From Nageia nagi (Eukaryota; Plantae; Pinophyta): DNA of 64,000 nt. The notes under the pieces were generated by a model. The model did no database searches and was not told the DNA's origin. It saw only the letters and a program-made list of their open reading frames with translations. Positions 28,328 through 42,399 of this stretch are shown here, one piece after another; position 1 is the stretch's first letter; every line of letters starts with the position of its first letter. The stretch spans positions 150,722,001-150,786,000 of the forward strand of contig JBITNC010000001.1 of the NCBI GenBank assembly GCA_050084985.1, written 5' to 3'. Both the position numbers and the translations under genes were made by a program.

Positions 28328-29875
28328 CTAGGCATGGGGATTGCTGCGGAAGGATCCCAAAGCCTTTTTAATCCCTGCTGCTCGGAGAATGTACTCATGA
28401 TATCCAGCTGCAATGGCCGCTCCTACCAAAGGCCCTATCCAGAATATCCACTGCATTCCAAACCCACGCATTAATAACATAATTCTGGACGAAAACACAG
28501 ATGAAAATAATCCTTCGCTACCATTTTGTTTGAGATAAGAGGAGATTACATACATGGTCATCCCAAGATTGCTTGTGACCATAAACCACAGCTGCTCCCA
28601 AACTCCTAGCAGGGTTGATGCCTGTCCCTGTTACTGGAATCGTCGCCAAATGCACCATGAACACTGCAAACCCAATTGGCAGTGGAGCTAAAACCTGATA
28701 ATTCAGACATCGAATCAAAAATCAGTTCCTGTTTTCTCCTTCTTTAAGATCTTGCTAGAATGATTCAGTAAGATGGTTTGCGTACTGGGACGTGGGAATC
28801 TCGGGCATTGCGTTTGGGATCTGTGGCCGAGAAAACTGTGTAGACGAGCACGAATGTGCCGATCGTTTCAGCTGCCAATCCAACACCTTTAGTGTAGCCA
28901 TGGGCCACAAAATTAGCACCACCTCCATACTCGTCATAAAAAGACTTGTGAAATGCCTTCACCAAGGCAGCTCCGCAGATGCCTCCTATGCACTGAGATA
29001 AAATATACATCACCGCTCTTGAGAGTGAAACCTTCTGAGCCAGCAACATCCCGAACGTCACCGCGGGATTTATATGTCCACCTGAAATACAGAGGTAAAT
29101 TTAGAGCGATTCAACTTTATTGAATCGGTTTTAAGAGACTTAAAAGTTAAGGTACATAGCTACTGCATCCTTTCCCTTCAAATATACAGTTAAATTTAAA
29201 GCTTAAATTTAGAGCCATCCAAACTTTATTAAATCGGATTTTTAAGAGATATAAAGTTAAAGGTCCATAACTACTGAATTAAATTAAGATGCATATCTTT
29301 TCCTCGATAAATTTAGAACGATTCAACTTTATTAAATTGAGTTTTAAGAGAAAGTTAAGGGGTATAACTATGGATCCTTTCTCCTGAAATACATAAGTAA
29401 ATTTAGAACTATTCAACTTTATTAAATCAGATTTTAAGAGACTTAAAGTTAAAATACATAATTACTGGATTCTTTCTTAGCTAAATTTAGAACGATTCAA
29501 ATTGAGTTTGAAGAGAAGTAAAATTAAGATGCACAACAACCAAATCCTTTCCATAGGAGGGAAATAATATATACCTGAGATGCCGGCTGTACAGTAGACC
29601 AGAACGAAGATCATGCCACCGAAGGACCAAGCAACGCCCAAGACCCCAACGCCTCCACATACATCTTCGGTACTGGAGTGTCCGATCACTGTGGAGATTG
29701 TTACGTAGAGAAAAAGCAAGGTGCCGATAAACTCCGCTATCAAAGCGCGGTAGAAGGACCAGAGCTTGAACTCGCTCAAGTCCAGTAGGGGAGCCGGAGG
29801 GGGATCTGCATAGTCCTTTGCGACGAAGCTCTTTTTCTGTTCCTCGTCCAATTCTCTTCCATCACCTTTCGCCAT
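28328..29875 (-). CDS. PIP2: Plasma membrane intrinsic protein, PIP2-type aquaporin, 286 aa; join(complement 29575..29875, 28786..29081, 28554..28694, 28328..28450)
   Basis: Four ORF-track pieces join at GT..AG introns (493, 91 and 103 nt) into 861 nt in frame. Internal exons of 296 and 141 nt are the usual PIP sizes. Motifs: KDYxDPPPAPL, [10 protein letters not shown] and [11 protein letters not shown] (two NPAs), ar/R filter F-H-T-R, loop D RDSHVP, C-terminal ALGSFRSN typical of PIP2. No stops or frameshifts. Confidence 0.97.
29081..29530. repeat. Degenerate tandem array (about 85-110 bp unit, 4 full copies plus 1 partial) filling PIP2 intron 1
   Basis: Core TAAATTTAGA(A/G)CGATTCAACTTTATT..TTTTAAGAGA..AAAGTTAA recurs at about 29096, 29204, 29308, 29398 and 29482. 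Confidence 0.9.
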
Positions 29876-31921
29876 ATGAGGCCACAGTTTCTGGTTTTTT
29901 GGAGCTTCTTAGAAGGTCAAGTGAAGTAACAAAACAAATTCTTATGTAAAAGAATTCTGGTTTACATCAGAGTTTTTGGTTATGGGTATTTATTGTGCTC
30001 AAGGGCTTGATGAAACATTACATCATAGATTCATAGGGGTCATAAACTGGGATCCCAACTGAATTATTTTATTCCAATTCCTGATTTCAGGAGTCATCAG
30101 AATCCTTCTTCCCTTGATGATGAGAGTTCTGTGACTTTCCAAATTAATTATCTCAAATTTAAAAGCGTGCTGTCATCCAATATTTTTAGTAACAAATTGC
30201 TCAGAAAATTCCGTCGAGACTTTAGATAGGAAAAATTCAAACGAGATTTGTTCAATGGCTGCTGCCGAGGATTTTAATTGAGCCCCACTATGGAAAGCGA
30301 GCTTTAGGAGTGAATAATCACAGGTGAACGGTAGCTTTTGCTCTATTTGGCTCAAGGGATTTTGCACGTTGCACAGTAAAGATAGGTAAACCAAATCACA
30401 AATCCCATGAATTACGAAGATGAGCCGCTCTGCAATTGGAGTTGGAATGTGTGGTGTCATCTGCTAGTTAAGAGGTTGACAATTTCAAAGATTAAAAAAA
30501 ATTGTATTTTTTTTTTAAGTTTAGAGATTAATGCTATTGATAATCAGAAATGGTTATGGCTATTTGATAATCAAAATGTGATTATAAAGTTTATGCTTAT
30601 ATCAAAATTTCATCGTCAGTTTGTTGTTGTTTTTTTTTTTTTTTGCGTGGCACTTCGATTCATTATAAATTTTACAAATCTCGTGGGTATATTAATATAA
30701 AATATAACGAAATGATGAAAATAAATGACAGACGGAGAACGAAATTTTGATATACATATAGACTTCATAGTCACAATCGTCGAATAGCTTTTTCCTTGAT
30801 AATTTGCATTTCATTTAGATTATCATAATTAAATATTAATTGTTATTTTTTGTTTATGTAAGATATGAAGATTGATCCTTTCAAAGTGGTATAAATATAT
30901 ATCTTTTTGAAATGATAATTGTTATTAAGATTATTCTTTCATACTAGATATTTCAAGATTTATCATGATCATTAATATTTATATTTTACTATTGATTAAT
31001 TCTATCAGGAATTGGGACATCTTGTTTCTTTTTGTTAATTGTTTATGGATATCATTCCAAATGATAATAAAGCAACAATTTTGCTACTTATGTGAAGCAA
31101 AAAAATTAAGTTAAAAAAAGGCTACTATTAAAAAGGTTACATATATTTGTAAATTCTTTGTATCTTAGATTTGCTCTTTTGATTGATTTTGTTGATACCA
31201 TCTATTATTCTCTTTATATATATATATATTTCAAAGTGTCCCCATCTATAAGAAATCGAGTAACCAATATCTTTTTGCCAACGAAGAATTGAGAAAATTT
31301 ATCTAAACCAAGCATTTAAAAAAAATGGTGGACCTATTTTTTTACCTTTGTAAGAGACTTAATAAGGCAATCATAACGTTATACATCACTCATAACCCAC
31401 CCCCCTAGTGAAGGTAAAAATATTTTATTGAAGGATTGGAAATGAAAGAATAGAAAGAGTAGAGGACTATCTAATATTAAAGAATAATAAGAATACTAGC
31501 TAGCAAGGAATTTGTAATCATGATCCAATTAAAGAAGCATAAGTAATATATGAACAATTAAAAGTTGCGATGTATGATTCATTAATGAGAGGATAAGATA
31601 ACCAAGAAAATAAATTAATTTGTAGCATGTTCTTAAGAAAGACTAAAAAATATGAAACAAATATTACAATCAACAGATGAAGGAGTGCAAAATATAGTAA
31701 AATTGATCCACTAAATCTAAAGCTATTTGCAACAAAATTTGGACTTATCAATAAAGGAGAAAGAACTAGAAGAAAATAAGAAAAGAACAAAAGATGCAAG
31801 AATAAGATATTGGCATAATATTTTCAAATGATGCAACTTAAAGGTAAGTTTTGAAGTTAAAGAATTATATCAATTTAGAAATAAATAAGATGGTGATTCC
31901 TAAAATAATTTTATTATTGGA

Positions 31922-34900
31922 TTTTTTTTATGAAAAGGGTATTCTATTAAAAATAAAATCTTTACAAAAAAAGAGTGCAGGTGGCCACGTCACACCCCAA
32001 GTGTCACACTAATCCTAATAAGGGGTTAGGAAATCACAAAAAAGGATCCCAAAATATAACTACCTACCTCGACCAAGGATAAGAGAATGATTACAAACAT
32101 TCTAAATGACCTCCATCATTCATTATGGTAAGAGTCCCTAGCCAAGTCCTTGGCCTATGAAACCATGGCATGCCAATCATTGGATGCAATATGTTTAAGA
32201 TCCCAACCGTCATTTTTCCTATGAGGTACATTCTCTTAAGCATCTTCTTAAGGCCATCCAGCCACTAGCTTTGATGGTGATGATGGACACAACCAACCAA
32301 AATGTGCATTAGCCGCCATATCTCCTTGCCCAATCCATATGAGCATTATAGTTGGTGTTGAGGGATGTGCCACCCATGCATCACATTAGTGGGAAGATCC
32401 AACATCTGGATCATTAAACTTACATCATAGGGACTTGGATTAATGATGATCGAAGCTACGAGAGCGGGCATGTGATGGGGCACGTAGACAAGACCTAGAA
32501 CCTCCAAAATGAGAGGGGTTATCAGTAGGTACTCAATTCATTATACAAGGAGCACTCCCCTAATAATCCAAAAGAGACTCCAAGTACTCCATACCCTAGA
32601 TGACTTTTGTAACATCTAGTTTTCCCTTTTTAACATTATCCTAAATCTACAACAAGACATCATAAAATATGATTAGCTTATCAACTAGTAGAAAATCTAA
32701 AGATGGCTCTTCCTATTTGAAAATTATGTTATATCGACTTTTCCACATATGAAAAAGCAATCTAAATTTAAACATATGCCATATTTCATGCAAAGGATGC
32801 ATGAAAGGAAGAGGGTCACCTAGCAAAGCTTTCATCCAAGAAAAAGCACAAGTCAAATATGGAGCAAAAAGAGAGGTTATCTAATCCCAAACCTTAGAAA
32901 TCTTGGGGCATGACTAAAAAAATACATAGTAGATTCATAAGCTTGGTAAAATGGATACTTCGAGTCAAAAATCTCAATATGAACAAGTTGTGGTCCCAGA
33001 GATAATCCTTGACACAAGAAACTCTAAGCAAAAAATTCTTTTTGGATTCCATATATGATTCACAAGTTGTTTGAAACCTTAATTTCCAATGTGCAAAAGT
33101 AGAAATTAAGTACCATTTGACATTAAGCTTAGGTATTGAAGGAAAGGATGGGAAAGCCAATGATATATCCAAACTTGGCCTTGTAATCCCATAAAGGGAT
33201 ATTGCCATAACCATTCCCAATCCTTCCACTAAGCTCTCTACGATCACCTTCTCACTAAGAACCATCTAGAGAATGGAATAAGTTCAAGCACCATGTCAAA
33301 GGTAGCTTTATCTTTGTTAACCAAGCCAAATTTATGCTTGAAGGCATCCTAAGAAAGCCATTCCTTGGTGTTAATGTTAAAGAAATATGCAATAGTGGTA
33401 ATGCCTCTTTGAAAAACCTTTGAGCATGTATCTAAGGAACCTGAGCTAAGGGTAACTCTATAATATTCAGAAGTGGAGACCACCAAAAGTTAAGAAGGTA
33501 AATAGAGGGTTCTTTGTTAAAGCTTTTATTTTTGCATTGAATCCATAGTTTGAAAAGTTGCTAAGCTTTCCATATACTTTTTATAATAAAGGAACCTAGG
33601 ACTGAAACCATGACAGGGTCAAGCACAAGGGAAAGGAAATTAATACCTGCCCAACCTTTTCATTTTGAAGGAAATGCCAAGGAAACGAAATATTGAACAA
33701 GGATTTTCCAAGCTTCATTACCATGAAATGCCCTAACAATTCATTTAACACATAAAAATAGATGCTTTCTTTTACAATTAAACATCCCCATACCTCTTAA
33801 TTTTATAGGCAAATAACAAATATCTTAGGCCACTCAATGAAAAATGTTTTTATCTAAAGTAGTGGACCAGAGGAAATTTCAAAAAGCTTTTCCAACTTAC
33901 TGTAATAAGCCTAAGAAGGGACCCAACATGATGAATAATACACATGAGTAGAAGAAAGAACTTTGGAGCAAATTTGAAACTTGCCACCAAGGGAAAGCTT
34001 TTCAATAACCTGGTACTCAAGTTTTTACTACCCTAGAAATTACATGTGATCAAAATTGAGAGAGAGATCCCTAAAAAGCAAAAGATATGCCCAAAAACTT
34101 AAAAACCTAACCCAAAAAAATCCAACTCCATTGGAAGTCATCTAACCAAGGGGGATGGGGTGATGGGGATTATCTAAAATAAGTTATTTTATGCCATTGA
34201 ATGCTTAATCTAGAAGCTTGAAAAAAAGTATCCAAATAGGAAAAGGCTTGCTTAAGAGATACCTCATCCTCTTGAATGCTTAAAAAAGAATCATCAACAA
34301 AGTGCCCATTAATAAGTTACCTTGCATTTCCTAGAAGAGCAATTCCTTTAAGCAATCCTAAAGAGGCTTGTTTGGATAATAAATATCCAAAAAACTTTGT
34401 AGTTATAATATAAAGTGAAGGGGATAAGGGGCATACTTGTATGGAAATTATTAATAAATGGAACTACAAAGGCATCCTAGGATAACATGTGAACACTTTG
34501 CACAAACTAGGGACCAAACCAAAGAGGTTCTAACATGGATAGAATTAATATCCATTTAATTATATCATATGCCTTTTTGAAATCAATTTTGATAAATAAA
34601 GCATGCTTTTTTGAAATTATAGCCCATTCCATTCCTTCCTAGATAGCTAATACATTATCCAGAATGTAACAATTCTAAACAAAACTAGTTTGAGTTGGTT
34701 GAATAAAAAATAGGAGAGGCCTGAGATGCAAAGTTAAAGCTTTAAAAATAATTTTGTAGCTAACATTAAATAAATTGGTCAAACATCAATTAGAAATGAG
34801 CTTCATATCACCATGCTTGGGTGTAAATTTGATATTACCTTAATTAATAAGGGATCCCAATTATCCACTCAACATTGCTTCTAAGTAAACTCTATGCAAA

Positions 34901-37580
34901 TCAAGGCTAATGAAATCCTAGCAAGATTTGGAAAATTTAGAGGGGAAATGATTTAACCCTAATGCTTTACCATCTGCCATCTGAAATAAAGAATCGGATA
35001 ATTCAACAAGAGAGCGATTTTTCATAATCAACTCTATAAGCTATAGATAGCTTGATCGAGATGATATCTTTACAAAATTGTAAGGCTTTTAACTAGTCAA
35101 AAGTATACATTTGAGCAGAAAAAACCTAAGTATAATATTGAGTGAAGGCATTAGCAATATTTGGAAGGAAATTGCATTTGTTCCCTTGATAGCTTTAAAG
35201 TGGTTATACTTCCTAGGAGGATGTAATTTTTGAAAGAATTCTTTAGAGACCTGATTCCCAATTTCAAGCCAATGTAGCCAAGCTTTGATTTGGGCTCCCT
35301 TAGCTTCATACAATTCAATAATTTTAAACTCATGGTGAACCTTGGTTGCATGGACTTATAAATAAGTGTCAATGGCGTTAACTTGAAGTCATACAAACAT
35401 ATTAGCAAGTTAATTGTGTAGAGCATCATGAGATATTCTACGAAGTTGAAAATTTTTTTTACCTAAACTACGAAGTAAAGTAGAAGTTCTATGGATAACA
35501 ATAACCTATCACTCAATCCATATAATTTATCTAGTAGGAAAAGGAACCAAGCTCCAAATCCTCTAGATATGACACATAGTAGGTTTATGCTAAAGAATAG
35601 AGGTGTTTATAAAAAATTGGAATTTAAAAGGTTTGTTCGAAGCAAAGACCAGGTTAATAGAAAACATAATTGGCAAGTGATATCATGCAATCATTCCAAG
35701 TCTAATTTTTGCAAAGGGAACTAAAGGAGCTCTTTGATAAAAAGAAAACTCCTATTGATTAAAAATCATTGCTCTATCAAGTCACTTCAGGACTCTAGCA
35801 TTCCCTACTTGAAAGTTAGACCAAGAGAACCAAACCTAGGAAGGAAAACATTTGAGGGAAAAATAAGCATTGGGATAAAAAAGGACCAATTTATTTTTCA
35901 TGAAGTATTAGGAATGTATTTATTTAGAGGTCCACCTATTGGGAGTTAGGCTCAACTTATCAAATCATTTTTCCACCATATTAAAATCCCCACACATAAG
36001 CCAAACTATAGGGGGTAAGGATAAAGCATACCATTGCTAGAGTGCACATCTATCACTAACTTCATTAGGGGCATACACATTAATAATTCCAAAAGATAGA
36101 TACCCTATTTTGAGAAAAATTTAGATAGCATGATTAGACAAGTTTGTTCCCCAAGTAACTATACTATCATTCTACCTTTTATCAAGGAAAATGATTGCAC
36201 CTCTCTTTCCATGAGGGTAATTAGTGGCATACATTTAGCGACCTAACAAAAACATAGAGAATGTAGATTGTAAAGTGAACTATGTAGCTTTAAATTCTTG
36301 CAAACAAAAAAAATTAGGAGTACCATAAATGTTAGAGCAAGTTTGAAACTCTTTCTAGACCAAATTCCTATGAACTAGGTCTATCAATCCTCATACATTC
36401 CAAGAGAAAAAATCATTTTAAAGAGTCAAGGTCCATATCCTTAGTGACTCCACAAACTTCTTTTGTAAGCATAAGGAAAGAGTTGCTCATAAGCACTTCC
36501 ATTGGAATGGTCATATGGTATTTTTTATCAAAGTGAGCATGAGTATCTCATGTTGGGGGGCTACAAAATTGTAGGCCCAACCCATGGGAATGCCCTCTAT
36601 TAACTACCTCTAGGCATTGTATAACAAAAGAAACTATAATAAAATTAACATCATCTTGTAACTCTTTGTCCTCCTCATCTGAAGAGGGAACAATAAAGGT
36701 CTAGCCTACTACCTACAATTACAGGGAAGGTTTCATAGTAGCTACTTTTCCATAAGATTCCAAATACTGACCCAAATTTGGGGTATTCATCAGAGACTTA
36801 TTATTTTTTCCCTTTTTAGAGGTTACTTAAGTCCATTCTCTCAAATTCTCCTTTGAAGAAGTTATAGGAGTGGCATGTGTTGAGGTCTTGGAAGCCATTA
36901 TGATTGCCTTAGTTTTGAACTTATCCATCATTAAAGGATAATTACAAATTCTATGATATGGATACTAACACCTGAAATAGGTGTTAGGAGTTCTTACATA
37001 CACCACCCTCTAGTGGATACGAGTAGCACTAACTTGAATATCAATGTATTCTTTGAGGATTTTATCCATGTTTATATGAACACACATATGATAAGATGAT
37101 CAAAATGAGTAGAACCAAGCACGTTCATTACAAACAAATATCCTAAGAAGGTTAACAAAGTATCGCATAAAGGTCCATAAAGCTAAATTAGGTTAAGGAA
37201 TTCCACCCACACAAGGGGCCTCCAGAGACATGGCATTATTAATTGAAAAATCCCTATTCTAGGGTTGAAAAGAAGCATTACTTGATGCACATAACTAGAC
37301 CCTTTGCTCAACACCTTCTAAACATGTTCAGGGGACACAAAATGAAAATGGAAAAATCCTTTTGACATGTTTTAAACCTTTTTTATTTGAATACCATATA
37401 GAATCCAATACTAATTTATATAGGTCTTAAGGATAGAATCAAGAGGAATATGACCCTAAAAATACCCAATAAGGGTATTATTCTCAAGCCATGAATAGGC
37501 TTGATTAAACTCTATCAATAGAATAACAAATTCGAGTTCATACATACCTCCATAGGAGGAGCTATTCTCTTACTACTAGC
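31922..37580 (-). mobile_element. Near full-length decayed L1-clade LINE (ORF1 and ORF2), different family from the other two
   Basis: T-run at 31922 (poly-A tail); LINGHFVDDSFL near 34282-34317; SWNV endonuclease start near 36400; GAQIKAWLHWLEIGNQVSKEFF; ORF1 zinc-knuckle remnant near 36940-36990. Confidence 0.85.
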
Positions 37581-38199
37581 TTTAGATGAAGACATAAAAG
37601 GAGATGAAGATATTAAAAAGATGTGCAAGGACTGTAATAAATGTGATCCCACACACTAAACAAGGGTGGAAGTATGATAAAGGGGAAACCCTATATTTCT
37701 GGCATACACAACTTGAAACCTCATAGCTCCTTAAAAAGAGACATGTTACTCTTTTATTATTGGATTTGATAGAGATCTTCATGCAAATAATTTCTTAAAA
37801 ACAAACTATTGGCCTAAAAGAATTCATATTTCAAATATTACTTCACCATTAATTTTATGTAATAAAAATATCATAATATAAATTCATATGCAAGTCAACT
37901 TAAAACTACTAAAGAAAATTGATTAGTTTTTTAATGTAAAAGTCCTATAAAATGAATTTTTGAATATGAATGTGCAAATTCGCCATGTACTAACCTTGGA
38001 TAAGATTTTCTTAGCAAAAAATTATTTTAACTTGGAACCAATTGTATGGTTTATTAGAGAATTTAAAAAAAAAAAAAACTTATATAGTTCCCTCATAGAT
38101 TCAACTATAAAAGATAACTTTAATGAATTATGACTATGGAGATTTATCTTCCTATATATTATGATTCATAGAAACTAGATAAACAGGATCTATAGAAGA

Positions 38200-40104
38200 A
38201 TATTATAATGAAATTACTAGTAATTTTAATTTTACAAGAAATTTGAACCAAGTTATTGTAGTATAAACTTTCAAAAATGGATTAAGATAATATATAAAAA
38301 TAAATAAAGCAAGCATGCTTAATCTAAGATCCTTGCTTGAAATGAAAAGGATATCTAAGGTAGTAAAAATTAAGATTATTAAAAGAGGTAAATTATTATA
38401 ATAAAAATATTAACAAAATAAATTATGTGACTCATCAAATATATTTTGCAAAGGTATAGGTAACACATTTACTAAGTAAAGAAAAAATCATATTACAGAA
38501 GATTATCTTGATTTTGAGTTGGAAGAAGATGAAGTGGTAGAGGAAATAAAGAAAGAGGTAGAAGTTCAAAAAAAAAAGTACCATTCAATTATTACTATTT
38601 GCATCCATTGGCATCATAGGTATAATTTAGGATAGGGTGTTAATTCATTTAGGAAACACTCATAATTTACTAGTTTTAACTTGGATAAGCATGTAGGATT
38701 GTATGTTAATGATTATAATTTTGATATTATTATTATAAATAGTACAAGTTTTAAATCTTAAGTCTAGTTTCTAATATAACAAAAACTATGAGATAGTATA
38801 TTTGGTATGGATATTTATATATTATGAATATAGTAAGGACATGTATGATTTTAAGATTTCAATGGTAATGAACATTAGATAATGTATAATTTAATATACA
38901 AAAATAGTATTTATAATAGGATGAAAAGGGAAAAGGAATAAAAATGCAAGGAATTATGAAAACCCTTCCAAAGTGACAAGCATTCATAGCATGGATAAAT
39001 TAATAAAAAGGGATCATAATGTAGTATATGCTCAATTGTTTAATCCAATTAAAGCCTCAACAATGTTTAGATATATTACATGATATGGAGAGCATCATAG
39101 AAAAATATGAAGAAATATTTTCAAAACTAAAATTCAACCTCTAAAAAGATCACATGATCATATAGTCAACCTTATCCTAAGAAGTGAACTAATAAATATT
39201 AGAACTTATAAGTATCCTTATTTATAAAAAGGGATATTAATAAATTAGTATAGGAAATATTAGATCCAATAAGAATAAGATCATGTCCAAGTCCATACTT
39301 AGTTCTAATCGTCATAGTAAAGAATAAGGATGATCCATGGAGAATATGCTTATATTTTTTACTAATCAAATGCATAAATATTAAATATAAGCTTCTTATT
39401 CCAGTTATTAATTATTTGTATATGAATTGGATGGTCCTAAATTTTTCACTCAAATGGATTTTAGATCAATATATTATCAATTTAGGATGAAAGAAGAAGA
39501 TAATCATAAAATAGGTTTTCTAAATCATAAAGGATATTATGGATTCTTAGTTATTCCCTTTAAATTAACAAATATACCATCTATATTCCTAAGTCTCATG
39601 AATTTAGATTTAATCTTATTTTACAAAAATATTTTTTTTATTTTCTTTAATGATATATTGATCTATATCATGATATGAGGAGACCACTTGTAATATCTAG
39701 AATAGGTATGTAATATTTTTAAATAAGAAATAATTATTTATAGAAAAAATTAAGTCATCATTTAGAATTTTAAATATTAGGACATTTATTTTCACTTGAA
39801 GGGGGTAAAAATGGATCCAAGTAAGTTTAAATTTATACAAGATTATCTCCTTCCCAAAACTCTCATAAGTACAAGAAATATGTGCACTTATAGATTATTA
39901 CAAAAAAATATAAAGAACTATAAAAAAAATAGTAACAATATTAATATCTCTTATAAAGTAGGATGCAATAATCTGGATAAAAAAAAATTAACTCAAATAT
40001 TTAATGAGTCAAAAAATTTAATGTACTTTTCTCTAATTTTAATAGCATTAGAATTTTCTAAACCATTTATAATTATTTGTGTTGTATTAGGAACATGTAT
40101 TAGG
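38200..40104 (+). mobile_element. Very old Ty3/Gypsy pol relic (PR-RT-RH start); its gag part may be about 31440-31900, split off by the LINE
   Basis: LIHLGNTHNF (protease, near 38640); LDGPKFFTQMDFRSIYYQFRM; IFFNDILIY (RT); FSKPFIIICVVLGTCI (RNase H start). No LTRs recognised. Confidence 0.75.
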
Positions 40105-40594
40105 AATAAGAAATTACAGAGTAATAAATAAAGTATAGAAATACAACACAGAAGAACAAAACACAACAAAGACATATTTAATGTGGTTCACCTAATATGG
40201 GCTACATCCATTGAGAAAATATTCAACCATTCCTTTATTTTTTCTAATACAATGAAAGGATACAATCTACAACACATTTGTTGTAACCTTATCTTCTCTC
40301 TATCAAATCTATCATGTGCATTCATTCTCCACACAAAATCCCCTTTTAGAAAAAGTGGGTTACCTTATAGGGTAAAAAAACATCAACATATATCCTATTG
40401 TTTGATATGTGATCTAACTATGATTGGTTTAAATTTACAAGGAAGTACAAAAGAGAGAAAATGCATCTATTTTTGGCTTCAGGGATGTTCCCCTTGAGCC
40501 CTTGCCAGGGGGACGATAATAGTAGTAAGGGGGAAAGTACCCCCTACATCCCCTCTTCCTCCATCATGGAGTGTTTTCAAATGTAATTGAAACA
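40105..40594 (-). mobile_element. Degenerate Copia-type LTR fragment
   Basis: Shares TGTGGTTCACC..TGGGCTA..TCCA..AATGAA..GATACAA blocks with the solo LTR at 42400-42878. Boundaries uncertain and no TSD found. Confidence 0.55.
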
Positions 40595-42399
40595 ATACCT
40601 CCAAATTAGAGAAAGATTCAAGCTTCACAACCAATAACATGAATTAGATAAGTACTAATGCAAGAAGTATACCCACTAGAATTTTAAAGGAAGATATTAT
40701 TATAGATATCCTAAAATAACCCTTTCTTTGCTTATGCATATGAAGTTCACATGTGTAAATATGAACATATATAAATAATATAAATTTATCCTTAAAAAGG
40801 AATATTAGCTTGAATTGATCATCATCATAATTTTTTTTTTAATAAATAACTTCATATTTATGCTCTATATACACATATGAAAATTATTCTCTTGCTACAT
40901 AAATGAATATAGTATATTATTAGTAATATAAAATAGTTTGCATAGCTAATTAGAGTTTATTTTTGTACAATCATCACCATCCTTAGTTTGTATAATAGAT
41001 TATAATTTGTACATTTAAAACACATCATCATTTAAAACTACCTACCATTTTCCATACTTGGTATAATTTATAACTTATATAAATAAATTTATTATTATTT
41101 TACTTTTATTTTTTAAATAAGCATTTCTAATTCCAATCCATAATCAATTATCTTAATTTAAAATAAGTTTATCTTTGCAAGAAATATATTAACTCCATTG
41201 CATAAACTCCTTAAAAAATATATATGAAATAACTTTTCATTGAATATCTAATAGATCTTAGGTTCAAATTATCCAAAGAACAAGATTGTGTGAAACAAAG
41301 ACCAAGAATAATATCAAATAATTAAAAAATACAGTTTGATAATTTTAGCGTATATCAATTATTCAAATCTCAATCATTAAAGTGATCATATAAAAAATAA
41401 TAAGCTTAATTATTATAGTTAAATAACTAATCTATCCTTTTGAAATACAAATAAGTCTTTATGGTAGAGGATGAGGAGTGCACATAGGTAAGGAGGTTGT
41501 GAGGTGAGTGGTGAGGATTTGGGTAAGGATGATGACCTAGACCCAAATTAGTAGGTGTATGGAAGTAGGTGGATTGGTCATCATGTTTGATCTATTACAG
41601 AGGATAAGATTAATTTTGATTTCTCCTTTGAGTCACATTTTTCTTTGCTAAAGATTGAATCTCTATGAAATATTGAACCACAATTGAGTCCAATAAGTCC
41701 TCTAAATAAATTTTTTTATTCACATTTTTACCCTTATAAAATTGAAGATATTTCTATATTGAACCATTGTTGTTTCTAAAATTAAAATCTTTCTCTCAAG
41801 ATGATTTGAATATTTTTTTTTAGTTTAGGTGCTATAAATTATGGTATTTATAAAATGTTCATATTTTCCAAACAATTATAGATTTGAACTCTATTAGTCA
41901 TATTAGAGATGGATTCAATCTAGAATCATTAGGATTGGGGGGCTATATCGAATCATGATTGGGTCTTGGTTGGAAATAAGAGCGCTTATCTATTCTTTTC
42001 TTTTGTATGTTAGTGGGATAATAGAATTCATAAGGATTGGGGAAGCTTGTAATCATTTATGTTAACTTCTTCTCAAGTATCCCTAGTTTAAGAAGGATAG
42101 GTTTATGGTTCACTCATATGATTCATTTGATATGTACAATAAACTAGGTGAATGTTTGAACCTAAAACATTTGATCTTCTACCTACACATAGATATTTTA
42201 GGTTTTAATGGATTAAATAGAAGTGTTAAGACCATAATTTTTATGGAGAGAAACATTCTAGAAATTTTCTTCCCATGATTCAATTTTGGTGCTAAAGATT
42301 CTCCTAGGTATTTAAACCAAAGTTTGGTATAGTTTGTTAGTCGTACAATAACATTGAGATGGGGGTGAATTACTGTAGTAAATTAATTTCTTAATATTT

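Noticed and set aside
29477-29875. 132-aa ORF as a stand-alone truncated aquaporin
   Set aside because: It is exon 1 read through into intron 1; a canonical donor follows 29575.
28205-30125. Short AGAATC..CTTCC(C)TTGATGA similarity between the PIP2 3' UTR (about 28218) and upstream region (about 30101), and C/D-box-like TGATGA
   Set aside because: Too short and gapped to exceed chance; no terminal stem or guide sequence for a snoRNA.
29876-30200. PIP2 core promoter elements
   Set aside because: No canonical TATA box on the minus strand, and short ACGT-type motifs are not informative without a TSS.
41460-42334. Possible LINE ORF1 relic on the plus strand
   Set aside because: Only vague compositional resemblance; no motif I can defend.
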